DNA of 64,000 nucleotides, from the NCBI GenBank assembly GCA_964016885.1, contig OZ024758.1, positions 34,782,001 through 34,846,000 on the forward strand, given 5' to 3'. Positions within the stretch are counted from its first letter, which is position 1. Each line of letters starts with the position of its first letter. The notes beneath the pieces were generated by a model. The model made no database searches, was not told the DNA's origin, and was given only the letters and a program-made list of their open reading frames with translations. This document shows positions 39,101 through 51,900 of the stretch, one piece after another. The position numbers and the translations under genes are program-made. The DNA comes from Eledone cirrhosa (lineage: Eukaryota).

Positions 39101-42100
39101 CATGGTATTAGCTGTCAGAAGTAACTCCACTGTTGGTGAGAATTCATTTAAGTTCATGGTATTAGCTGTCAGAAGTCACTCCAGTGTTGGTGAGAATTCA
39201 TTTAAGTTCATGGTATTAGCTGTCAGAAGTAACTCCACTGTTGGTGAGAATTCATTTAAGTTCATGGTATTAGCTGTCAGAAGTAACTCCACTGTTGGTG
39301 AGAATTCATTTACGTTCATGGTATTAGTTTGTCAGAAGTAACTCCACTGTTGGTGAGAATTCATTTAAGTCATGGTATTAGTTGTCAGAAGTAACTCCAC
39401 TGTTGGTGAGAATTCATTTAAGTTCATGGTACTAGCTGTCAGAAGTAACTCCAATGTTGGTGAGAATTCATTTCAGTTCATGGTATTAGCTGTCAGAAGT
39501 AACTCCACTGTTGGTGAGAATTCATTTAAGTCATGGTATTAGCTGTCAGAAGTAACTCCACTGTTGGTGAGAATTCATTTAAGTTCATGGTATTAGCTGT
39601 CAGAAGTAACTCCACTGTTGGTGAGAATTCATTTAAGTTCATGGTATTAGCTGTCAGAAGTCACTCCAGTGTTGGTGAGAATTCATTTAAGTTCATGGTA
39701 TTAGCTGTCAGAAGTAACTCCACTGTTGGTGAGAATTCATTTAAGTTCATGGTATTAGCTGTCAGAAGTAACTCCACTGTTGGTGAGAATTCATTTACGT
39801 TCATGGTATTAGTTTGTCAGAAGTAACTCCACTGTTGGTGAGAATTCATTTAAGTCATGGTATTAGTTGTCAGAAGTAACTCCAATGTTGGTGAGAATTC
39901 ATTTAAGTTCATGGTAATAGCTGTCAGAAGTAACTCCACTGTTGGTGAGAATTCATTTAAGTTCATGGTATTAGTTTGTCAGAAGTAACTCCACTGTTGG
40001 TGAGAATTCATTTAAGTCATGGTATTAGTTGTCAGAAGGAACTCCAATGTTGGTGAGAATTCATTTAAGTCATGGTACTAGCTGTCAGAAGTAACTCCAC
40101 TGTTGGTGAGAATTCATTTAAGTTCATGGTATTAGCTGTCAGAAGGAACGCCACTGTTGGTGAGAATTCATTTAAGTTCATGGTATTAGCTGTCGGAAGT
40201 AACTCCACTGTTGGTGAGAATTCATTTAAGTTCATGGTACTAGCTGTCAGAAGTAACTCCAATGTTGGTGAGAATTCATTTAAGTTCATGGTATTAGCTG
40301 TCAGAAGGAACTCCACTGTTGGTGAGAATTCATTTAAGTTCATGGTATTAGCTGTCAGAAGTAACTCCACTGTTGGTGAGAATTCATTTAAGTCATGGTA
40401 TTAGCTGTCAGAAGTAACTCCATTGTTGGTGAGAATTCATTTAAGTCATGGTACTAGCTGTCAGAAGTAACTCCAATGTTGGTGAGAATTCATTTAAGTC
40501 ATGGTACTAGCTGTCAGAAGTAACTCCAATGTTGGTGAGAATTCATTTAAATTCATGTTATTAGCTGTCAGAAGGAACTCCACTGTTGGTGAGAATTCAT
40601 TTAAGTTCATGGTATTAGCTGTCAGAAGTAACTCTACTGTTGGTGAGAATTCATTTAAGTTCATGGTATTAGCTGTCAGAAGTAACTCCACCGTTGGTGA
40701 GAATTCATTTAAGTTCATGGTACTAGCTGTCAGAAGTAACTCCAATGTTGGTGAGAATTCATTTAAGTTCATGGTATTAGCTGTCAGAAGTAACTCCACT
40801 GTTGGTGAGAATTCATTTAAGTCATGGTATTAGCTGTCAGAAGTAACTCCATTGTTGGTGAGAATTCATTTAAGTCATGGTACTAGCTGTCAGAAGTAAC
40901 TCCAATGTTGGTGAGAATTCATTTAAGTCATGGTACTAGCTGTCAGAAGTAACTCCAATGTTGGTGAGAATTCATTTAAGTTCATGTTATTAGCTGTCAG
41001 AAGGAACTCCACTGTTGGTGAGAATTCATTTAAGTTCATGGTATTAGCTGTCAGAAGTAACTCCACTGTTGGTGAGAATTCATTTAAGTTCATGGTATTA
41101 GCTGTCAGAAGTAACTCCACCGTTGGTGAGAATTCATTTAAGTTCATGGTACTAGCTGTCAGAAGTAACTCCAATGTTGGTGAGAATTCATTTAAGTTCA
41201 TGGTATTAGCTGTCAGAAGTAACTCCACTGTTGGTGAGAATTCATTTAAGTCATGGTATTAGCTGTCAGAAGTAACTCCACTGTTGGTGAGAATTCATTT
41301 AAGTTCATGGTATTAGCTGTCAGAAGTAACTCCACTGTTGGTGAGAATTCATTTAAGTTCATGGTACTAGCTGTCAGAAGTAACTCCAATGTTGGTGAGA
41401 ATTCATTTCAGTTCATGGTATTAGCTGTCAGAAGTAACTCCACTGTTGGTGAGAATTCATTTAAGTCATGGTATTAGCTGTCAGAAGTAACTCCACTGTT
41501 GGTGAGAATTCATTTAAGTTCATGGTATTAGCTGTCAGAAGTAACTCCACTGTTGGTGAGAATTCATTTAAGTTCATGGTATTAGCTGTCAGAAGTCACT
41601 CCAGTGTTGGTGAGAATTCATTTAAGTTCATGGTATTAGCTGTCAGAAGTAACTCCACTGTTGGTGAGAATTCATTTAAGTTCATGGTATTAGCTGTCAG
41701 AAGTAACTCCACTGTTGGTGAGAATTCATTTACGTTCATGGTATTAGTTTGTCAGAAGTAACTCCACTGTTGGTGAGAATTCATTTAAGTCATGGTATTA
41801 GTTGTCAGAAGTAACTCCACTGTTGGTGAGAATTCATTTAAGTTCATGGTACTAGCTGTCAGAAGTAACTCCAATGTTGGTGAGAATTCATTTCAGTTCA
41901 TGGTATTAGCTGTCAGAAGTAACTCCACTGTTGGTGAGAATTCATTTAAGTCATGGTATTAGCTGTCAGAAGTAACTCCACTGTTGGTGAGAATTCATTT
42001 AAGTTCATGGTACTAGCTGTCAGAAGTAACTCCACTGTTGGTGAGAATTCATTTACGTTCATGGTATTAGTTTGTCAGAAGTAACTCCACTGTTGGTGAG

Positions 42101-44961
42101 AATTCATTTAAGTCATGGTATTAGTTGTCAGAAGTAACTCCAATGTTGGTGAGAATTCATTTAAGTTCATGGTACTAGCTGTCAGAAGTAACTCCACTGT
42201 TGGTGAGAATTCATTTAAGTTCATGGTAATAGCTGTCAGAAGTAACTCCACTGTTGGTGAGAATTCATTTAAGTCATGTTATTAGCTGTCAGAAGTAACT
42301 CCAATGTTGGTGAGAATTCATTTAAGTTCATGGTATTAGCTGTCAGAAGTAACTCCACTGTTGTTGAGTATTCATTTAAGTCATGGTATTAGCTGTCAGA
42401 AGTAACTCCACTGTTGGTGAGAATTCATTTAAGTTCATGGTATCAGTTGTCAGAAGTAACTCCACTGTTGGTGAGAATTCATTTAAGTTCATGGTATTAG
42501 CTGTCAGAAGTAACTCCACTGTTGGTGAGAATTCATTTAAGTTCATGGTATTAGTTTGTCAGAAGTAACTCCACTGTTGGTGAGAATTCATTTAAGTCAT
42601 GGTATTAGTTGTCAGAAGGAACTCCAATGTTGGTGAGAATTCATTTAAGTCATGGTACTAGCTGTCAGAAGTAACTCCACTGTTGGTGAGAATTCATTTA
42701 AGTTCATGGTATTAGCTGTCAGAAGGAACGCCACTGTTGGTGAGAATTCATTTAAGTTCATGGTATTAGCTGTCGGAAGTAACTCCACTGTTGGTGAGAA
42801 TTCATTTAAGTTCATGGTACTAGCTGTCAGAAGTAACTCCAATGTTGGTGAGAATTCATTTAAGTTCATGGTATTAGCTGTCAGAAGGATCTCCACTGTT
42901 GGTGAGAATTCATTTAAGTTCATGGTATTAGCTGTCAGAAGTAACTCCACTGTTGGTGAGAATTCATTTAAGTCATGGTATTAGCTGTCAGAAGTAACTC
43001 CATTGTTGGTGAGAATTCATTTAAGTCATGGTACTAGCTGTCAGAAGTAACTCCAATGTTGGTGAGAATTCATTTAAGTGATGGTACTAGCTGTCAGAAG
43101 TAACTCCAATGTTGGTGAGAATTCATTTAAATTCATGTTATTAGCTGTCAGAAGGAACTCCACTGTTGGTGAGAATTCATTTAAGTTCATGGTATTAGCT
43201 GTCAGAAGTAACTCTACTGTTGGTGAGAATTCATTTAAGTTCATGGTATTAGCTGTCAGAAGTAACTCCACCGTTGGTGAGAATTCATTTAAGTTCATGG
43301 TACTAGCTGTCAGAAGTAACTCCAATGTTGGTGAGAATTCATTTAAGTTCATGGTATTAGCTGTCAGAAGTAACTCCACTGTTGGTGAGAATTCATTTAA
43401 GTCATGGTATTAGCTGTCAGAAGTAACTCCATTGTTGGTGAGAATTCATTTAAGTCATGGTACTAGCTGTCAGAAGTAACTCCAATGTTGGTGAGAATTC
43501 ATTTAAGTCATGGTACTAGCTGTCAGAAGTAACTCCAATGTTGGTGAGAATTCATTTAAGTTCATGTTATTAGCTGTCAGAAGGAACTCCACTGTTGGTG
43601 AGAATTCATTTAAGTTCATGGTATTAGCTGTCAGAAGTAACTCCACTGTTGGTGAGAATTCATTTAAGTTCATGGTATTAGCTGTCAGAAGTAACTCCAC
43701 CGTTGGTGAGAATTCATTTAAGTTCATGGTACTAGCTGTCAGAAGTAACTCCAATGTTGGTGAGAATTCATTTAAGTTCATGGTATTAGCTGTCAGAAGT
43801 AACTCCACTGTTGGTGAGAATTCATTTAAGTCATGGTATTAGCTGTCAGAAGTAACTCCACTGTTGGTGAGAATTCATTTAAGTTCATGGTATTAGCTGT
43901 CAGAAGTAACTCCACTGTTGGTGAGAATTCATTTAAGTTCATGGTACTAGCTGTCAGAAGTAACTCCAATGTTGGTGAGAATTCATTTCAGTTCATGGTA
44001 TTAGCTGTCAGAAGTAACTCCACTGTTGGTGAGAATTCATTTAAGTCATGGTATTAGCTGTCAGAAGTAACTCCACTGTTGGTGAGAATTCATTTAAGTT
44101 CATGGTATTAGCTGTCAGAAGTAACTCCACTGTTGGTGAGAATTCATTTAAGTTCATGGTATTAGCTGTCAGAAGTCACTCCAGTGTTGGTGAGAATTCA
44201 TTTAAGTTCATGGTATTAGCTGTCAGAAGTAACTCCACTGTTGGTGAGAATTCATTTAAGTTCATGGTATTAGCTGTCAGAAGTAACTCCACTGTTGGTG
44301 AGAATTCATTTACGTTCATGGTATTAGTTTGTCAGAAGTAACTCCACTGTTGGTGAGAATTCATTTAAGTCATGGTATTAGTTGTCAGAAGTAACTCCAC
44401 TGTTGGTGAGAATTCATTTAAGTTCATGGTACTAGCTGTCAGAAGTAACTCCAATGTTGGTGAGAATTCATTTCAGTTCATGGTATTAGCTGTCAGAAGT
44501 AACTCCACTGTTGGTGAGAATTCATTTAAGTCATGGTATTAGCTGTCAGAAGTAACTCCACTGTTGGTGAGAATTCATTTAAGTTCATGGTATTAGCTGT
44601 CAGAAGTAACTCCACTGTTGGTGAGAATTCATTTAAGTTCATGGTATTAGCTGTCAGAAGTCACTCCAGTGTTGGTGAGAATTCATTTAAGTTCATGGTA
44701 TTAGCTGTCAGAAGTAACTCCACTGTTGGTGAGAATTCATTTAAGTTCATGGTATTAGCTGTCAGAAGTAACTCCACTGTTGGTGAGAATTCATTTACGT
44801 TCATGGTATTAGTTTGTCAGAAGTAACTCCACTGTTGGTGAGAATTCATTTAAGTCATGGTATTAGTTGTCAGAAGTAACTCCAATGTTGGTGAGAATTC
44901 ATTTAAGTTCATGGTAATAGCTGTCAGAAGTAACTCCACTGTTGGTGAGAATTCATTTAAG
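36145..44961. repeat. Tandem duplication with 5000-bp period (93 monomers; 2580 + 2420 bp sub-units), second copy partial
   Basis: ORF starts 36253/41253, 36468/41468, 37383/42383, 37652/42652, 38078/43078, 38510/43510, 39048/44048 and 39533/44533. Rare variants AAGTGATG and GTTGTTGAGTA are shared. Confidence 0.93.
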
Positions 44962-47900
44962 TCAAGGTATTAGCTGTCAGAAGTAACTCCAATGTTGGTG
45001 AGAATTCATTTAAGTCATGGTACTAGCTGTCAGAAGTCACTCCACTGTTGGTGAGAATTCATTTAAGTTCATGGTACTAGCTGTCAGAAGTAACCCCAAT
45101 GTTGGTGAGAATTCATTTAAGTTCATGGTATTAGCTGTCAGAAGTCACTCCAATGTTGGTGAGAATTCATTTAAGTTCATGGTATTAGCTGTCAGAAGTA
45201 ACTCCACTGTTGGTGAGAATTCATTTAAGTTCATGGTATTAGCTGTCAGAAGGAACGCCACTGTTGGTGAGAATTCATTTAAGCTCATGGTATTAGCTGT
45301 CAGAAGTAACTCCACTGTTGGTGAGAATTCATTTAAGTTCATGGTACTAGCTGTCAGAAGTAACTCCAACGTTGGTGAGAATTCATTTAAGTTCATGGTA
45401 TTAGCTGTCAGAAGGAACTCCACTGTTGCTGAGAATTCATTTAAGTTCATGGTATTAGCTGTCAGAAGTAACTCCACTGTTGGTGAGAATTCATTTAAGT
45501 TCATGGTACTAGCTGTCAGAAGTAACCCCAATGTTGGTGAGAATTCATTTAAGTTCATGGTATTAGCTGTCAGAAGTAACTCCACTGTTGGTGAGAATTC
45601 ATTTAAGTCATGGTATTAGCTGTCAGAAGTAACTCCACTGTTGGTGAGAATTCATTTAAGTTCATGGTATTAGCTGTCAGAAGGAACTCCACTGTTGGTG
45701 AGAATTCATTTAAGTTCATGGTACTAGCTGTCAGAAGTAACTCCAATGTTGGTGAGAATTCATTTAAGTTCATGGTATTAGCTGTCAGAAGTAACTCCAC
45801 TGTTGGTGAGTATTCATTTAAGTCATGGTATTAGCTGTCAGAAGTAACTCCACTGTTGGTGAGAATTCATTTAAGTTCATGGTATTAGTTGTCAGAAGTA
45901 ACTCCACTGTTGGTGAGAATTCATTTAAGTTCATGGTATTAGCTGTCAGAAGTAACTCCACTGTTGGTGAGAATTCATTTAAGTTCATGGTATTAGTTTG
46001 TCAGAAGTAACTCCACTGTTGGTGAGAATTCATTTAAGTCATGGTATTAGTTGTCAGAAGGAACTCCAATGTTGGTGAGAATTCATTTAAGTCATGGTAC
46101 TAGCTATCCGAAGTAACTCCACTGTTGGTGAGAATTCATTTAAGTTCATGGTATTAGCTGTCAGAAGGAACGCCACTGTTGGTGAGAATTCATTTAAGTT
46201 CATGGTATTAGCTGTCAGAAGTAACTCCACTGTTGGTGAGAATTCATTTAAGTTCATGGTACTAGCTGTCAGAAGTAACTCCAATGTTGGTGAGAATTCA
46301 TTTAAGTTCATGGTATTAGCTGTCAGAAGGAACTCCACTGTTGGTGAGAATTCATTTAAGTTCATGGTATTAGCTGTCAGAAGTAACTCCACTGTTGGTG
46401 AGAATTCATTTAAGTCATGGTATTAGCTGTCAGAAGTAACTCCATTGTTGGTGAGAATTCATTTAAGTCATGGTACTAGCTGTCAGAAGTAACTCCAATG
46501 TTGGTGAGAATTCATTTAAGTCATGGTACTAGCTGTCAGAAGTAACTCCAATGTTGGTGAGAATTCATTTAAGTTCATGTTATTAGCTGTCAGAAGGAAC
46601 TCCACTGTTGGTGAGAATTCATTTAAGTTCATGGTATTAGCTGTCAGAAGTAACTCTACTGTTGGTGAGAATTCATTTAAGTTCATGGTATTAGCTGTCA
46701 GAAGTAACTCCACCGTTGGTGAGAATTCATTTAAGTTCATGGTACTAGCTGTCAGAAGTAACTCCAATGTTGGTGAGAATTCATTTAAGTTCATGGTATT
46801 AGCTGTCAGAAGTAACTCCACTGTTGGTGAGAATTCATTTAAGTCATGGTATTAGCTGTCAGAAGTAACTCCACTGTTGGTGAGAATTCATTTAAGTTCA
46901 TGGTATTAGCTGTCAGAAGTAACTCCACTGTTGGTGAGAATTCATTTAAGTTCATGGTACTAGCTGTCAGAAGTAACTCCAATGTTGGTGAGAATTCATT
47001 TAAGTTCATGGTATTAGCTGTCAGAAGTAACTCCACTGTTGGTGAGAATTCATTTAAGTCATGGTATTAGCTGTCAGAAGTAACTCCACTGTTGGTGAGA
47101 ATTCATTTAAGTTCATGGTATTAGCTGTCAGAAGTAACTCCACTGTTGGTGAGAATTCATTTAAGTTCATGGTATTAGCTGTCAGAAGTAACTCCACTGT
47201 TGGTGAGAATTCATTTAATTTCATGGTATTAGCTGTCAGAAGTAACTCCACTGTTGGTGAGAATTCATTTAAGTTCATGGTACTAGCTGTCAGAAGTAAC
47301 TCCAATGTTGGTGAGAATTCATTTAAGTTCATGGTATTAGCTGTCAGAAGTAACTCCACTGTTGGTGAGAATTCATTTAAGTCATGGTATTAGCTGTCAG
47401 AAGTAACTCCACTGTTGGTGAGAATTCATTTAAGTTCATGGTATTAGCTGTCAGAAGGAACTCCACTGTTGGTGAGAATTCATTTAAGTTCATGGTACTA
47501 GCTGTCAGAAGTAACTCCAATGTTGGTGAGAATTCATTTAAGTTCATGGTATTAGCTGTCAGAAGTAACTCCACTGTTGGTGAGTATTCATTTAAGTCAT
47601 GGTATTAGCTGTCAGAAGTAACTCCACTGTTGGTGAGAATTCATTTAAGTTCATGGTATTAGCTGTCAGAGGTAACTCCACTGTTGGTGAGAATTCATTT
47701 AAGTTCATGGTATTAGCTGTCAGAAGTAACTCCACTGTTGGTGAGAATTCATTTACGTTCATGGTATTAGTTTGTCAGAAGTAACTCCACTGTTGGTGAG
47801 AATTCATTTAAGTCATGGTATTAGTTGTCAGAAGTAACTCCAATGTTGGTGAGAATTCATTTAAGTTCATGGTACTAGCTGTCAGAAGTAACTCCACTGT

Positions 47901-48989
47901 TGGTGAGAATTCATTTAAGTTCATGGTAATAGCTGTCAGAAGTAACTCCACTGTTGGTGAGAATTCATTTAAGTCATGTTATTAGCTGTCAGAAGTAACT
48001 CCAATGTTGGTGAGAATTCATTTAAGTCATGGTACTAGCTGTCAGAAGTAACTCCAATGTTGGTGAGAATTCATTTAAGTTCATGGTATTAGCTGTCAGA
48101 AGTAACTCCACTGTTGGTGAGAATTCATTTAAGTTCATGGTATTAGCTGTCAGAAGTAACTCCACTGTTGGTGAGAATTCATTTAAGTCATGGTATTAGC
48201 TGTCAGAAGTAACTCCACTGTTGGTGAGAATTCATTTAAGTTCATGGTATTAGCTGTCAGAAGGAACGCCACTGTTGGTGAGAATTCATTTAAGTTCATG
48301 GTATTAGCTGTCAGAAGTAACTCCACTGTTGGTGAGAATTCATTTAAGTTCATGGTATTAGCTGTCAGAAGTAACTCCACTGTTGGTGAGAATTCATTTA
48401 AGTTCATAGTACTAGCTGTCAGAAGTAACTCCACTGTTGGTGAGAATTCATTTAAGTTCATGGTATTAGCTGTCAGAAGTCACTCCAATGTTGGTGAGAA
48501 TTCATTTAAGTTCATGGTATTAGCTGTCAGAAGTCACTCCACTGTTGGTGAGAATTCATTTAAGTTCATGGTACTAGCTGTCAGAAGTAACCCCAATGTT
48601 GGTGAGAATTCATTTAAGTTCATGGTATTAGCTGTCAGAAGGAACTCCACTGTTGGTGAGAATTCATTTAAGTTCATGGTACTAGCTGTCAGAAGTAACT
48701 CCACTGTTGGTGAGAATTCATTTAAGTTCATGGTATTAGTTTGTCAGAAGTAACTCCACTGTTGGTGAGAATTCATTTAAGTTCATGGTATTAGCTGTCA
48801 GAAGTAACTCCACTGTTGGTGAGAATTCATTTAAGTTCATGGTACTAGCTGTCAGAAGTAACTCCACTGTTGGTGAGAATTCATTTAAGTTCATGGTATT
48901 AGTTTGTCAGAAGTAACTCCACTGTTGGTGAGAATTCATTTAAGTCATGGTATTAGTTGTCAGAAGTAACTCCAATGTTGGTGAGAATT

Positions 48990-51900
48990 CATTTAAGTTC
49001 ATGGTATTAGCTGTCAGAAGGAACTCCACTGTTGGTGAGAATTCATTTAAGTTCATGGTATTAGCTGTCAGAAGGAACTCCAATGTTGGTGAGAATTCAT
49101 TTAAGTCATTGTACTAGCTGTCAGAAGTAACTCCACTGTTGGTGAGAATTCATTTAAGTTCATGGTATTAGCTGTCAGAAGGAACTCCACTGTTGGTGAG
49201 AATTCATTTAAGTTCATGGTATTAGCTGTCAGAAGGAACGCCACTGTTGGTGAGAATTCATTTAAGTTCATGGTATTAGCTGTCAGAAGTAACTCCACTG
49301 TTGGTGAGAATTCATTTAAGTTCATGGTACTAGCTGTCAGAAGTAACTCCAATGTTGGTGAGAATTCATTTAAGTTCATGGTATTAGCTGTCAGAAGTAA
49401 CTCCACTGTTGGTGAGAATTCATTTAAGTCATGGTATTAGCTGTCAGAAGTAACTCCACTGTTGGTGAGAATTCATTTAAGTTCATGGTATTAGCTGTCA
49501 GAAGGAACTCCACTGTTGGTGAGAATTCATTTAAGTTCATGGTACTAGCTGTCAGAAGTAACTCCAATGTTGGTGAGAATTCATTTAAGTTCATGGTATT
49601 AGCTGCCAGAAGTAACTCCACTGTTGGTGAGTATTCATTTAAGTCATGGTATTAGCTGTCAGAAGTAACTCCACTGTTGGTGAGAATTCATTTAAGTTCA
49701 TGGTATTAGCTGTCAGAAGTAACTCCACTGTTGGTGAGAATTCATTTAAGTTCATGGTATTAGCTGTCAGAAGTAACTCCACTGTTGGTGAGAATTCATT
49801 TACGTTCATGGTATTAGTTTGTCAGAAGTAACTCCACTGTTGGTGAGAATTCATTTAAGTCATGGTATTAGTTGTCAGAAGTAACTCCAATGTTGGTGAG
49901 AATTCATTTAAGTTCATGGTAATAGCTGTCAGAAGTAACTCCACTGTTGGTGAGAATTCATTTAAGTCATGGTATTAGCTGTCAGAAGTAACTCCAATGT
50001 TGGTGAGAATTCATTTAAGTCATGGTACTAGCTGTCAGAAGTCACTCCACTGTTGGTGAGAATTCATTTAAGTTCATGGTACTAGCTGTCAGAAGTAACC
50101 CCAATGTTGGTGAGAATTCATTTAAGTTCATGGTATTAGCTGTCAGAAGTCACTCCAATGTTGGTGAGAATTCATTTAAGTTCATGGTATTAGCTGTCAG
50201 AAGTAACTCCACTGTTGGTAAGAATTCATTTAAGTTCATGGTATTAGCTGTCAGAAGTAACTCCACTGTTGGTGAGAATTCATTTAAGTTCATGGTATTA
50301 GCTGTCAGAAGGAACGCCACTGTTGGTGAGAATTCATTTAAGTTCATGGTATTAGCTGTCAGAAGTAACTCCACTGTTGGTGAGAATTCATTTAAGTTCA
50401 TGGTACTAGCTGTCAGAAGTAACTCCAATGTTGGTGAGAATTCATTTAAGTTCATGGTATTAGCTGTCAGAAGGAACTCCACTGTTGCTGAGAATTCATT
50501 TAAGTTCATGGTATTAGCTGTCAGAAGTAACTCCACTGTTGGTGAGAATTCATTTAAGTTCATGGTACTAGCTGTCAGAAGTAACTCCACTGTTGGTGAG
50601 AATTCATTTAAGTTCATGGTATTAGCTGTCAGAAGTCACTCCAATGTTGGTGAGAATTCATTTAAGTTCATGGTATTAGCTGTCAGAAGTCACTCCACTG
50701 TTGGTGAGAATTCATTTAAGTTCATGGTACTAGCTGTCAGAAGTAACCCCAATGTTGGTGAGAATTCATTTAAGTCATGGTATTAGCTGTCAGAAGTAAC
50801 TCCACTGTTGGTGAGAATTCATTTAAGTTCATGGTATTAGCTGTCAGAAGTAACTCCACTGTTGGTGAGAATTCATTTAAGTTCATGGTATTAGCTGTCA
50901 GAAGTAACTCCACTGTTGGTGAGAATTCATTTAAGTTCATGGTATTAGTTTGTCAGAAGTAACTCCACTGTTGGTGAGAATTCATTTAAGTCATGGTATT
51001 AGTTGTCAGAAGTAACTCCAATGTTGGTGAGAATTCATTTAAGTTCATGGTACTAGCTGTCAGAAGTAACTCCACTGTTGGTGAGAATTCATTTAAGTTC
51101 ATGGTAATAGCTGTCAGAAGTAACTCCACTGTTGGTGAGAATTCATTTAAGTCATGTTATTAGCTGTCAGAAGTAACTCCAATGTTGGTGAGAATTCATT
51201 TAAGTCATGGTACTAGCTGTCAGAAGTAACTCCAATGTTGATGAGAATTCATTTAAGTTCATGGTATTAGCTGTCAGAAGTAACTCCACTGTTGGTGAGA
51301 ATTCATTTAAGTTCATGGTATTAGCTGTCAGAAGTAACTCCACTGTTGGTGAGAATTCATTTAAGTCATGGTATTAGCTGTCAGAAGTAACTCCACTGTT
51401 GGTGAGAATTCATTTAAGTTCATGGTATTAGCTGTCAGAAGGAACGCCACTGTTGGTGAGAATTCATTTAAGTTCATGGTATTAGCTGTCAGAAGTAACT
51501 CCACTGTTGGTGAGAATTCATTTAATTTCATGGTATTAGCTGTCAGAAGTAACTCCACTGTTGGTGAGAATTCATTTAAGTTCATGGTACTAGCTGTCAG
51601 AAGTAACTCCAATGTTGGTGAGAATTCATTTAAGTTCATGGTATTAGCTGTCAGAAGTAACTCCACTGTTGGTGAGAATTCATTTAAGTCATGGTATTAG
51701 CTGTCAGAAGTAACTCCACTGTTGGTGAGAATTCATTTAAGTTCATGGTATTAGCTGTCAGAAGGAACTCCACTGTTGGTGAGAATTCATTTAAGTTCAT
51801 GGTACTAGCTGTCAGAAGTAACTCCAATGTTGGTGAGAATCATTTAAGTTCATGGTATTAGCTGTCAGAAGTAACTCCACTGTTGGTGAGTATTCATTTA

